NCBI GenBank assembly: GCA_041910055.1
Contig: JAYRRP010000003.1
Span: 237,973 to 301,972, forward strand
DNA from: Candidatus Saccharimonadales bacterium
GTDB taxonomy: Bacteria > Patescibacteriota > Saccharimonadia > Saccharimonadales > JAYRRP01
DNA length: 64,000 nucleotides
Direction of reading: 5' to 3'
A model generated the notes under the pieces. It worked only from the letters and a program-made list of their open reading frames with translations. It did not search any database and was not told the origin of the DNA. The translations under genes and the position numbers were made by a program. This document shows positions 55,450-64,000 of the stretch, in pieces (within the stretch, counting starts at the first letter, position 1; each line of letters opens with the position of its first letter).

Positions 55450-55643
55450 ATCACGCTTTGCATAAGAGTGCTCTTTTGCATACGCGCCGCGCGAAGTTCT
55501 CAGTTTCACTTTTAGCGCTATTGGCGGCCTATGTGATGGGATCGAGAGCCCTTGATACTGGTAGTCTAGGGCAATATGGCTTGACACTGGCCTTATTATT
55601 TTTTGCCATCAAGTATTTTTATCGATCTGTTCGTTCCGCTTAA
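55446..55643 (+). CDS. small two-TM membrane protein (65 aa)
   Basis: ATGA overlap with the pnp stop; two hydrophobic segments. Confidence 0.4.
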   Translation: MNHALHKSALLHTRRAKFSVSLLALLAAYVMGSRALDTGSLGQYGLTLALLFFAIKYFYRSVRSA

Positions 55644-55652
55644 GTATTGATT

Positions 55653-56318
55653 ATGAAAACAACAAATTCTCAGCATCAGCTTGATCGTATCAAAGATGAT
55701 ATTGCAGCAGCTGATGTATGCCCAGAACTGGCAAAACAGGCTACACAGTTAGTTTTTGGAGATGGCCTGCCTGAGGCACGAATAGTATTCATTGGAGAAG
55801 CGCCAGGTAAAAATGAAGATCTACAGGGCAAACCATTTGTAGGGGCCGCCGGGAAATTTCTGGATGAAATGCTGACCATGAATGGGTTAAAGAGAGAAGA
55901 AGTTTATATCACCAATATCGTTAAGTATCGGCCACCACAAAATCGCGATCCACTACCTGAAGAAAAAAAAGCTTTTATGCCATATCTATTGCGTCAGATA
56001 CAGGCTATCAAGCCAGCACTAGTGGTGACACTTGGCCGTCACAGCATGGAAGCATTCTTGCCGGGCCTGAAAATTTCAACTGTTCATGGCCAACCAAAAC
56101 GGATAAAGATTCAGCAGAAGGGAGAGGGTGAAGAGGTGAAAACGAAAGGAAAAACACTCTCTAGTGATGAAGCAAGCGCAATGTCACTGGTCATCTTGCC
56201 CTTGTTCCATCCAGCAGCAGCCCTCTATAACGGCGATATGCGTCAGACACTTATAGATGACTTCGCCAGGATCCCTTCGATTGTGAAGCAATTATCAACA
56301 AGCAACCAATTAACCTAA
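55653..56318 (+). CDS. udg: uracil-DNA glycosylase, family 4 type
   Basis: [24 protein letters not shown] and HPAA motifs. Contains a Lys/Glu-rich insertion. The tracked ORF starts at TTG 55647. Confidence 0.85.
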   Translation: MKTTNSQHQLDRIKDDIAAADVCPELAKQATQLVFGDGLPEARIVFIGEAPGKNEDLQGKPFVGAAGKFLDEMLTMNGLKREEVYITNIVKYRPPQNRDPLPEEKKAFMPYLLRQIQAIKPALVVTLGRHSMEAFLPGLKISTVHGQPKRIKIQQKGEGEEVKTKGKTLSSDEASAMSLVILPLFHPAAALYNGDMRQTLIDDFARIPSIVKQLSTSNQLT

Positions 56319-56351
56319 ATGAAAGAAAGGAAATTACTAAATACTTAAGTT

Positions 56352-58382
56352 ATGAAAAATCCTAAACCAAAAAACCCTAGACCTAATAAACCCGGACTTC
56401 GAGCGCAACCTGTATCAGTGGGGCGAAATGTCTCACGTGGAGCGGCCATCCGGGCTCAGAAGCGCAGCCAAGAGGACGCGCACCGCATTGCCAGCCAATA
56501 TTTGGATGCCAGTGCAAAACAAGCGAAACCAATCAGAAAGGCGAATGTAATTGATGATAGTCCGCGGTTGAACATTATTGCCCTTGGCGGTATGGACGGC
56601 GGCGGTTCGAAAAACATGCTGATAGTCGAATACCAAAATGACGCTATCGTAATGGACTGCGGCAATGATCTCAGTGTTGATTTACCCGGTATTAATTATG
56701 GTATCGCCGATACGGCCTATCTTGAGAGCATACGCCATAAATTACGTGCTTATATTATTACTCACGGTCACCTCGACCACATAGGTGGCCTGCCTCATAT
56801 TGTGCCCAAGCTGCCCGCACCTATTTACGGTAGCCGGTTTACTATCGGCATGGTGGAGAAGGTGTTCGAAAACTTTGGCGTACCGTTGCCGGAAGGTTTT
56901 GAACTTCGCACCACTATTATGAATGAAAATACACATGAACGTCTGAAGATTGGACCGTTCATGGTAGAGCTGGTGCGCATTACCCATTCAATTCCCGGCA
57001 GCACCTGTATTATTCTCGATACACCGGTAGGGCGGATTATTAACACGGGTGACTTTCGTCTGGACCCTAATCCATTAGATCATGAAAGGACAGATACTGA
57101 TCGCTTGAAACAATTGGGCGACGAAGGGGTGCTGGTACTGATGAGTGACAGCACTACGTCGGAACGTCCCGGTCGTACCCCAAGTGAAAGCACCATTGAA
57201 CCAACCTTTATAGACCTATTTGACCGTGCCCCCGGACGCGTATTTGTGGCTATATTTTCTTCAAATATGAATCGCATCCAAATGGTGGTAAATGCGGCGG
57301 TTCATCACGGACGCAAAGTTGCCTTTGACGGTCGGAGTATGATGACGACATTAGAGCTCGCAGTGCGTCTGGGTATGATGAAGATACCAAAAGGCCAGGT
57401 AGTACCGATGGCGAGCGTGGGTAATCTCAAAGATGAAGAGACAGTCATTATTTGTACTGGTTCACAGGGTGAGCCAAACTCTGCGCTGCAGCGTATGGCC
57501 AGTGGAGACCACAAGCATATCAAGCTCAAAGAACAGGATACTGTTGTTTTGAGTTCCACTCCGATTCCCGAGAGCGGTAATGATGCACTCATTGGTGATA
57601 TGGTAGACAACCTTATGCGTAATGGCGTACACGTGTTCAGGCATGTGACCCATGATGTCGATGGCATTGGTCCATTGCATGTATCAGGACATGCCAGTCT
57701 GGAAGAATATGGCGAAATGATTGCCATGACCAAACCCAAGTTCTTCATACCGATTTATGGTGCCTACCGTTCCAAGCAATACCATATAGAAGAAGCGATT
57801 CAACAAGGTGTGCCACGGAAGAATACCGTCAACGCGGAAAATGGCCAGATTATCTCTCTCACTCCTGACAATATCGAGATTACTGGTGAAGTGCCACACG
57901 GCACTGTGCTGGTAGACCAAACTGGTGCGGTTGTCAGCAATGTGGTGGTGAAGGACCGCTTAATGTTGGCTGAAGAAGGACTAGTGGTGGTAATTCTCAC
58001 CGTTGATAAAAAAGCAGGCACTCTTCTAACCAGCCCTGATATTATTAGCCGAGGCTTTATTTATATCCGGGATAATGAAGAATTAATGAATGAGTTCCGT
58101 ACCGAGCTGCGACGAGCGGTCGCCCAACGCTTTAAACGGATCGATCTGGATCGCTTCAAGCAGGAACTAAAAGAGCATGTTACACACTTCTTGTTCGAAC
58201 GAACTCAGCGAAGCCCAATTATCATTCCTGTCGTCAATGTGATAGGTGGAAAAAATAATGATAAGCCCACAGGGAATGACCAAACCGTGAAGAAGAGCGG
58301 TGATGAGCAGGCCGAAGAACTGCAAAAACGTTTCGCAATGATGCGTCAGCGGTTGCTGAACCAAGATGCCCGGACTGATTAG
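56352..58382 (+). CDS. rnj: ribonuclease J (with a basic N-terminal extension)
   Basis: Metallo-beta-lactamase HGHLDH, beta-CASP and C-terminal domain; 676 aa. Confidence 0.92.
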   Translation: MKNPKPKNPRPNKPGLRAQPVSVGRNVSRGAAIRAQKRSQEDAHRIASQYLDASAKQAKPIRKANVIDDSPRLNIIALGGMDGGGSKNMLIVEYQNDAIVMDCGNDLSVDLPGINYGIADTAYLESIRHKLRAYIITHGHLDHIGGLPHIVPKLPAPIYGSRFTIGMVEKVFENFGVPLPEGFELRTTIMNENTHERLKIGPFMVELVRITHSIPGSTCIILDTPVGRIINTGDFRLDPNPLDHERTDTDRLKQLGDEGVLVLMSDSTTSERPGRTPSESTIEPTFIDLFDRAPGRVFVAIFSSNMNRIQMVVNAAVHHGRKVAFDGRSMMTTLELAVRLGMMKIPKGQVVPMASVGNLKDEETVIICTGSQGEPNSALQRMASGDHKHIKLKEQDTVVLSSTPIPESGNDALIGDMVDNLMRNGVHVFRHVTHDVDGIGPLHVSGHASLEEYGEMIAMTKPKFFIPIYGAYRSKQYHIEEAIQQGVPRKNTVNAENGQIISLTPDNIEITGEVPHGTVLVDQTGAVVSNVVVKDRLMLAEEGLVVVILTVDKKAGTLLTSPDIISRGFIYIRDNEELMNEFRTELRRAVAQRFKRIDLDRFKQELKEHVTHFLFERTQRSPIIIPVVNVIGGKNNDKPTGNDQTVKKSGDEQAEELQKRFAMMRQRLLNQDARTD

Positions 58383-58409
58383 ACCTAGCCCTGAGCAAGC
58401 AATAGTCAA

Positions 58410-58438
58410 TTGACAAATGATGTAATTTTTGCTATAAT
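58410..58438 (+). promoter_or_regulatory. perfect consensus promoter TTGACA-17 nt-TATAAT, 7 nt before ATG 58446 (leaderless)
   Basis: TTGACA at 58410-58415, TATAAT at 58433-58438, ATG at 58446. Confidence 0.75.
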
Positions 58439-58445
58439 ACAGTTT

Positions 58446-58781
58446 ATGGAATTTTATAATGATAGTGCAGCTGAAGGGGCTTTCAAGGAGCGTTTAGAGT
58501 CCTCTTCTGAGCATATTGAGCGTTTCGACAATCCCGAATGGCTCATTGCAGAAGCGCGAGTTCCTGGTGCTCCTGAGGATGCAAATATCGATAAGGTTTT
58601 ATTTGGTCTTATTTTGGACAGGGAAGTTCTGTGGGAAAAGGCCTCTGCTCCAGGCAACGATATCGATGATGAAAAGGTTAGGGATGTTGCCAGGGCAATT
58701 ACTCAACGTAAAAAAGAACTCGGCATAGATTCGCCATCATTTTTACATCCCGGGGAGTATACAGATACAGAAGACAACTAG
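58446..58781 (+). CDS. acidic hypothetical protein (111 aa)
   Basis: Start re-assigned from TTG 58410, which is the -35 box, to ATG 58446. Confidence 0.55.
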   Translation: MEFYNDSAAEGAFKERLESSSEHIERFDNPEWLIAEARVPGAPEDANIDKVLFGLILDREVLWEKASAPGNDIDDEKVRDVARAITQRKKELGIDSPSFLHPGEYTDTEDN

Positions 58782-58808
58782 AGAAGACTTGCTATAATAA
58801 AAACACTT

Positions 58809-61001
58809 ATGCCCAAAAAGAAAAAGACAGCCCGAAAAAAAGTAGAACCAGTTGATAACCAAGCTGGTTTTTGGCCGTTAGCTGGTGCAATTCTACTCAT
58901 GCTACTTGCAGTGTTTTTGCTATTGGGTGGCTTTGGTACGGGTGGTCCGCTGCCAACCACCTTGTTTAGAGGAGCTTTTTGGGCACTTGGTTGGGCAGCC
59001 TACTTCACCCCTGTAGCCTGCGCGTACATCGGGATTATGAAGTTTAGGAGCGAGGACAGACGAATCCCGTTAGCCAAACTTATGAGTATGCTGTGTGCGC
59101 TAGTTTTTACTGCCAGTTGGTTCCAGGTTATGTTTTCACAGCCCCAGCCTGACGGAACATACGCCGGTGGACATGGCGGACAAATCGGGCAATTCGTTGG
59201 CAATGCGGCGCTCAACCTTATTGACAAGTGGCCAGCTACCTTATTGTTCTTAGTGTTTGCAGTACTGTCATTTTTCTTTGCGTTCGGTATTTCGCCCAAA
59301 GAAATCTTAAAACTTGGACAGTTGTTTAAGAAGCCGCAAGAAGAAGGGGAGTTAGCCGGATTGAAACAGGCTGGCTCAAACTTTACTCTGAATGAAGGGG
59401 TACCGGTAGAGCACCACTCTGGCGCTTCGCGGCATTCCAGCTTCAAGAATGCGGCTGCCCATATGGCACCAAATGAACAACACGAAGCTCTGACTACCAC
59501 TAGTGACCCTGACTGGCAATTTCCCTCAGTTAGTTTACTGAACCAAAAGCAAGACAAGGCAGATGCGGGGGATATCGAAGCAAATGCTGGTGCCATTAAA
59601 GATACCTTTGAGAACTTCAGTATCAATGTAGATATGCAGGGCGCGAACATTGGCCCAAGGGTTACCCAGTATACGCTGCGGCCGCCTACGGGAGTAAAGT
59701 TAACCAAAATCACGGCGCTTGAGAACAACCTTGCGCTTGACCTGGCGGCCCATTCTATACGCATTGAAGCGCCGATTCCAGGCAAAAAGTTGGTGGGCAT
59801 CGAAGTGCCAAATGTGAAACCGGCGATTGTACGTATCAGTAGCTTGCTTCAGTCTGATGACTGGCAGAGATTAAAGGGGCCGCTTGGGTTCGTAATTGGC
59901 AAAGACATTGCCGGCAATCCAATCGTGGGCGAGCTCGATAAAATGCCTCACCTGTTAGTGGCTGGCCAAACTGGTTCTGGAAAATCGGTGATGATAAATA
60001 CCGTTCTCACTAGTTTGCTATATCGAAGCAGCCCAAGTGACCTGAAACTCATTTTGGTTGACCCTAAACAAGTTGAATTGACACCATACAATGACATTCC
60101 TCACCTTCTTGCCCCTGTCATTCATGATCCCGAGAAGTGTATTTCTGCACTCAAATGGGCAGTCGCTGAGATGGATCGACGTCTTCGAGCTATGGCAGAA
60201 GTAAACCGGCGTAATATTGCTGAATACAACGCACTCAAAAAAGAAGAGGGTATGCCCTATATCGTAATTGTTATTGACGAGCTCGCCGATCTTATGATGA
60301 TGGCAGCCCGTGACGTGGAAGCTCTGGTAGTCCGTTTAGCCCAAAAAGCCCGTGCGGCTGGTATACACCTAGTGTTCGCTACCCAGAGGCCAAGCGTGGA
60401 CGTCATAACAGGTTTAATTAAGGCGAATGTGCCTGGCCGTATTGCGTTTACTACTCAAAGCCAGGTAGACAGCCGTACGATTATTGACCAAGCTGGTGCC
60501 GAAAAACTGCTCGGCCAAGGTGATATGCTCTTGCTCACCTCTGATATGCCGAAACCAAAACGCGTCCAGGGCGCTTTTATATCCGACGCTGAAACGTTGA
60601 AGGTAACTGATTTCTTGCGTTCACAACGAGCACCGACTTATGATGATGAAGTAGTCAGCCAACCTGTCCAATTAACTGGACGGGGAGGTAGCTTGTCGGC
60701 AGTCGGTGAGGTAAGCTCATCAGATGAGCCAATTTTTCGAGAAGCCCTGCAAGTTGTTATTGAAGCCCGCAAGGCCAGTACAAGTCTGTTGCAGCGGCGC
60801 CTCAGAATTGGTTATGGCAAGGCAGCCAGGATAATTGAGACCATGGAAGAGCAGGGTATCGTGGGGCCACAGGACGGTTCCCGGCCACGGGAAGTGCTTG
60901 TACATAGTGTTGAAGAAGTTTTTCAAACACACCAAACACACGACTATGACAACAAACCGTCTGAACCTGAAGAAGAATCTCACGAAACAGACGAAGAGTA
61001 G
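58809..61001 (+). CDS. ftsK: DNA translocase FtsK
   Basis: N-terminal TMs, Walker A GQTGSGKS, Walker B VIVIDELADL, C-terminal winged-helix gamma domain. Confidence 0.93.
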   Translation: MPKKKKTARKKVEPVDNQAGFWPLAGAILLMLLAVFLLLGGFGTGGPLPTTLFRGAFWALGWAAYFTPVACAYIGIMKFRSEDRRIPLAKLMSMLCALVFTASWFQVMFSQPQPDGTYAGGHGGQIGQFVGNAALNLIDKWPATLLFLVFAVLSFFFAFGISPKEILKLGQLFKKPQEEGELAGLKQAGSNFTLNEGVPVEHHSGASRHSSFKNAAAHMAPNEQHEALTTTSDPDWQFPSVSLLNQKQDKADAGDIEANAGAIKDTFENFSINVDMQGANIGPRVTQYTLRPPTGVKLTKITALENNLALDLAAHSIRIEAPIPGKKLVGIEVPNVKPAIVRISSLLQSDDWQRLKGPLGFVIGKDIAGNPIVGELDKMPHLLVAGQTGSGKSVMINTVLTSLLYRSSPSDLKLILVDPKQVELTPYNDIPHLLAPVIHDPEKCISALKWAVAEMDRRLRAMAEVNRRNIAEYNALKKEEGMPYIVIVIDELADLMMMAARDVEALVVRLAQKARAAGIHLVFATQRPSVDVITGLIKANVPGRIAFTTQSQVDSRTIIDQAGAEKLLGQGDMLLLTSDMPKPKRVQGAFISDAETLKVTDFLRSQRAPTYDDEVVSQPVQLTGRGGSLSAVGEVSSSDEPIFREALQVVIEARKASTSLLQRRLRIGYGKAARIIETMEEQGIVGPQDGSRPREVLVHSVEEVFQTHQTHDYDNKPSEPEEESHETDEE

Positions 61002-61078
61002 ACTTTTGCCCATACAATTGCAGATTAGCGGTGGAAGTGTATTATTAAAGCAAAGCATAAGCAAAATAAAGGATATAA

Positions 61079-62158
61079 ATGCCTCCCCAAGATCCGCAAA
61101 ACCCGGCGCTTCCGCCCCAGCAGCCTAGTCAACCATTACCAACTACTCCTCCCCAACCATCTCCAGTAGTATCACCGGCACCAGAACCGCAGACTGTATC
61201 ACCTGTGCCTCCTGTAGGCCAGCCGGCTCCTCAGGTGAGTGCAGTTCCTCCAGTCAGCGGCAATACTTCAACTGATCCCACGCCAGTATCGACACCTGGA
61301 CCTTTGCCACCCCCAACGCCTATCTCTTCTCCGCAAGCTATGCCGCAAAACCCGGCGGTAGTTCCGTCTGTAACACCAGTTCCACCAGTGGCACCCATTT
61401 CGCCCGTGCCTCCGCCACCTCCTCCAGCTCCAGCTGCTCCTGTCTCTCTACCTCCTTCACCAGGACCAGTGGTGGGAGGGCAAGTGGCTGCATCTCCTCA
61501 AGCTGTGCCCCAACCTATTATTACCGCCAGTTCATATAACGAGGGAAGAAAAGCTTCAAAGCTACTCCTGTTCATTGGTATTGGAGTGGCAGCCCTGATT
61601 TTATTAACTGGAGCTTTCTTCGCAGTTACCAAACTGACGGGTGGCATAAAGCTTACGACTTACGCAGATAACAACGTTGAAATTCTTTACCCGAAAGATT
61701 ATGAGAAGAAGGACCACAATACCGAAGAGTTCAAGAATGAGGACACCGGCGGTGCAGGGAGTAATGTTACCGGCGTGAGCATGAGTGAAAGAGGTGGTGA
61801 GGATATTCATCGTTCCAACCTCGGATTGCTGGTGAGTCCAGCCTCTGGTGAACTAAAATCACAAGTTGATGATATTGAGAAAAACCCTTCGACAGTAGAG
61901 ACTTTCGTCGAAGACTCGGATGTGAAGCTTAGCAATTCAAAGGCTACAAGATTCAAGCTTAACGGTAATGATGCGGTGAAAGTTACTTCAGATTACACTA
62001 AGAGTGCGGATGGAAAAAAGAGCGATGGGAAGATGCATTGGTTAGTAACGTATAATTCTAGTAATAAGTTTGCCATTGTTATGGTACAGGCCGACCAGTC
62101 AGACAAAGGGCTTGAGAAATCAGTTGATAAGATTTTCAACTCAGTCAAAATTAAATAA
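61079..62158 (+). CDS. Pro-rich single-pass membrane protein
   Basis: About 150-aa P/Q/V/S-rich N-terminus, TM LLLFIGIGVAALILLTGAFFAV, 170-aa extracytoplasmic domain. Confidence 0.55.
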   Translation: MPPQDPQNPALPPQQPSQPLPTTPPQPSPVVSPAPEPQTVSPVPPVGQPAPQVSAVPPVSGNTSTDPTPVSTPGPLPPPTPISSPQAMPQNPAVVPSVTPVPPVAPISPVPPPPPPAPAAPVSLPPSPGPVVGGQVAASPQAVPQPIITASSYNEGRKASKLLLFIGIGVAALILLTGAFFAVTKLTGGIKLTTYADNNVEILYPKDYEKKDHNTEEFKNEDTGGAGSNVTGVSMSERGGEDIHRSNLGLLVSPASGELKSQVDDIEKNPSTVETFVEDSDVKLSNSKATRFKLNGNDAVKVTSDYTKSADGKKSDGKMHWLVTYNSSNKFAIVMVQADQSDKGLEKSVDKIFNSVKIK

Positions 62159-62175
62159 AGAGTCTTCTCGATGGG

Positions 62176-62204
62176 TTGAAAAAGACCTTATTCTAAGGTA
62201 TAAT
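62176..62204 (+). promoter_or_regulatory. promoter TTGAAA-17 nt-TATAAT of the rpsF-ssb-rpsR operon
   Basis: Hexamers at 62176-62181 and 62199-62204, followed by a ~67-nt leader with a hairpin at 62225-62250. Confidence 0.65.
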
Positions 62205-62277
62205 TAACCTGTAACATAATTCTTCTGGTTGGCGCCGCTTGTGCAGCCAGCCCTAAGGCCAAAGGAAGGAGTGAGAT

Positions 62278-62700
62278 TTGGGAAACTTATACGAGATTGC
62301 TGTGATTCTGCACGCAGATTTAGAGATCGACCCTGCAAAAGGCATGGCAAAGATCGAAAAGATCTTCAAAGATAATGGTGGCAAGATCAAAAATACTGAT
62401 AATTGGGGTAAACGCAAACTGGCTTATCCTATCCGTAAGCAAGAGCATGGGCTTTATGTGTTCTACCAAGTTGACTTGCCAGCTGAAAACGTAAAGAAGG
62501 TAGAATCAACCTTAAATATTACTGATGAAGCAATCCGCTTTTTAATTACTCGGCCAGACTTTAAGGCGATCCAAAAAGCTGAAGCCGACAAAGCCGAAAA
62601 GCAAAAGAAGGCCAAAGCTCGTCAAGAAGCAGCGGAGTCTGAAGGTAAATCAGACGAAAAAGAAGAGAAGCAAGAAGTAACCAAAGAAGAAGGAGCCTAA
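62278..62700 (+). CDS. rpsF: 30S ribosomal protein S6 (with a charged C-terminal tail)
   Basis: TTG start after GGAAGGAG. YEIAVILHADLE...WGKRKLAYPI is canonical S6. Confidence 0.93.
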   Translation: MGNLYEIAVILHADLEIDPAKGMAKIEKIFKDNGGKIKNTDNWGKRKLAYPIRKQEHGLYVFYQVDLPAENVKKVESTLNITDEAIRFLITRPDFKAIQKAEADKAEKQKKAKARQEAAESEGKSDEKEEKQEVTKEEGA

Positions 62701-62701
62701 A

Positions 62702-63169
62702 ATGGCACGATCACTGAACCAAGTTTTTTTGATGGGAAATCTTACCCGTGATCCTGAATTGCGTCAAATCCCAAGCGGACAAAGTGTCTGCAGTTTTAGT
62801 CTGGCATTGAACCGAGCTTATAAAGACCAAAGCGGAGAATGGCAAGAGGCAACTGATTATATAGATGTGGTGGCTTGGGCAGCTTTAGGTGAACGAGTAG
62901 CCCAGTATCTTACAAAAGGCCGGCGTTGTTTGGTGCAGGGTCGCTTGCAGAGCCGTAGTTGGGAACAAGACGGCCAGAAGCGCAGCAAAGTAGAGGTGCT
63001 CGCGACTGATGTGACGTTCTTGGATAGCCGCGGTGCGGGCGAAAATAACGAAGCCCCAACGCCTACACCTACCAGTAAGCCAAGTGGATCGAAGAAAACG
63101 AAGGGTGAAGAGGTGGCAATCGAAGACCTCAGCGACGACCCGATTAATCTAGACGACATTCCGTTTTAA
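62702..63169 (+). CDS. ssb: single-stranded DNA-binding protein
   Basis: OB fold (LNQVFLMGNLTRDPELR) and acidic tip ...LDDIPF. Confidence 0.93.
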   Translation: MARSLNQVFLMGNLTRDPELRQIPSGQSVCSFSLALNRAYKDQSGEWQEATDYIDVVAWAALGERVAQYLTKGRRCLVQGRLQSRSWEQDGQKRSKVEVLATDVTFLDSRGAGENNEAPTPTPTSKPSGSKKTKGEEVAIEDLSDDPINLDDIPF

Positions 63170-63202
63170 TAAAATTGATAAATTTTTGGAGAAGAACAGC
63201 AC

Positions 63203-63406
63203 ATGGCAAAAATTTTTAAGCACTATACTGACGTTGCTTACTTTGATTACAAAGATTTCAAGACTCTGCAGCGTTATATTAATGTCTATGGCCAGATTGA
63301 AACTCGCAAAAAGACTGGTCTTACTGAAAGCCAACAGCGGCGTTTAGCGAAAGCTATCAAACGGGCTCGCCATTTGGCGTTACTACCATTTGTAACGAAT
63401 GGTTAA
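63203..63406 (+). CDS. rpsR: 30S ribosomal protein S18
   Basis: [27 protein letters not shown]...[12 protein letters not shown] is canonical S18. Confidence 0.93.
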   Translation: MAKIFKHYTDVAYFDYKDFKTLQRYINVYGQIETRKKTGLTESQQRRLAKAIKRARHLALLPFVTNG

Positions 63407-63424
63407 CACCAGGAGAGATTTAGG

Positions 63425-63610
63425 ATGTGTGAATCACATAATATTTTAGTGGGTGGACGCGAAGTAGAATTTAATCATTTTGGTGAAGTTTCTCTTTTGG
63501 GACAAGTAGCACTGAGGTCAATGAGTGAAAATAAAGAGCAGGCTTTACAGTATTCTGCAGAGCAGGAGCTGGATGGTCCTTCAAATGTAAGCTACGCCGA
63601 GGAACAATAA
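63425..63610 (+). CDS. small acidic hypothetical protein (61 aa)
   Basis: AGGAG SD before the ATG. Its stop overlaps the efp ATG (TAATG). Confidence 0.4.
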   Translation: MCESHNILVGGREVEFNHFGEVSLLGQVALRSMSENKEQALQYSAEQELDGPSNVSYAEEQ

Positions 63611-64000
63611 TGGCTTTATCGATTACTGACTTGAAGAAAGGGACTATTTTTCAGCTGGATGGCACTCCTTATCGGGTGTTAGATTATGCCCAGAAAGTTA
63701 TGGGTCGTGGCGGGTCTATAGTGAATGTGAAAATAAAAAGTTTGCTCGACGGCAAAGTATTGGATAAAACCTTCAAAGGCAATGAACAAATTGAAGGTGC
63801 GGATGTTCTAAACCGTTCTTTGCAATACCTTTACCAACAGGGTGAAACTTTTTATTTTATGGATCAAGATAACTACGACCAGCATGAACTGGCAGGGGAT
63901 ATAGTAGGCGACCAGGTTAAGTTTTTGAAAGAAGGCGACCAGGTTCAGGCCCAGTTATTTAATGGGCGAATCATCAATGTGGAGTTACCTAAGAATGTCG
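63610..64000 (+). CDS. efp: elongation factor P (3' end outside window)
   Basis: MALSITDLKKGTIFQLDGTPYRVLDYAQKVMGRGGSIVNVKIK is the canonical EF-P N-terminus. Confidence 0.9.
   Translation, partial: MALSITDLKKGTIFQLDGTPYRVLDYAQKVMGRGGSIVNVKIKSLLDGKVLDKTFKGNEQIEGADVLNRSLQYLYQQGETFYFMDQDNYDQHELAGDIVGDQVKFLKEGDQVQAQLFNGRIINVELPKNV

Noticed and set aside
1-64000. Alternative genetic code (UGA recoding, as in Gracilibacteria/Absconditabacteria).
   Set aside because: Long conserved genes are intact under the standard code. TGA terminates well-supported genes (for example 12298-12300 and 47903-47905), as do TAA and TAG.
1-64000. CRISPR arrays, tRNA/rRNA genes, IS elements.
   Set aside because: No regularly spaced direct repeats, no tRNA-like T-arm/acceptor sequences in the intergenic gaps, and no transposase or integrase-like ORFs were seen by eye. 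A tRNAscan/cmscan run would be needed for certainty.

Overview
This is a gene-dense 64-kb window with about 75 CDS. I found no rRNA, tRNA, CRISPR array, transposase or integrase. The standard genetic code applies, since TGA, TAA and TAG all terminate well-supported genes.

Most of the window is housekeeping: valS, tsaD, a murE-like ligase, groES-groEL behind a CIRCE operator, argS, gdh, mscL, msrB, orn, dnaG-rpoD, a P-type ATPase, a second sigma-70, polA, tatA-tatC, mutM, holA, rpsT, truB, rpsO-pnp, udg, rnj, ftsK, rpsF-ssb-rpsR and efp.

The protein repertoire suggests a reduced Gram-positive-type genome, possibly CPR/Patescibacteria (Saccharibacteria-like). It has short enzymes, many Pro/Thr/Ser-rich membrane-anchored hypotheticals, a CarS-like DUF46 protein, a PGI/PMI isomerase and no biosynthetic operons. 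This taxonomic placement is inference only.

The clearly accessory part lies at about 38.0-45.6 kb.
- It holds two paralogous DUF916/DUF3324-like (CscA-like) surface proteins, two secreted WxL-like beta-rich proteins and a PKD/Ig two-TM protein.
- Directly upstream is a strongly promoted operon encoding a signal-less phage-tail-fibre-like protein and a protein built of three ~120-aa tandem repeats.
- Next to it sit an RHH regulator and tatA-tatC plus a 70-aa Tat-signal miniprotein.

Other notable points:
- An orphan pyrB is interrupted by one in-frame TAA and preceded by a leader-ORF/terminator attenuator-like arrangement.
- A three-gene operon combines a CDP-alcohol transferase, a PHP phosphatase and a CarS-like protein.
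- A DinB-like protein and a PIG-L deacetylase form a coupled pair.
- There is a recurrent leaderless promoter architecture (-10 hexamer 6-10 nt before the start codon), including two palindromic face-to-face -10 boxes.
- There are structured non-coding gaps upstream of valS and between rpsO and pnp.

All functional calls come from motif and architecture recognition by eye. No database search was run.
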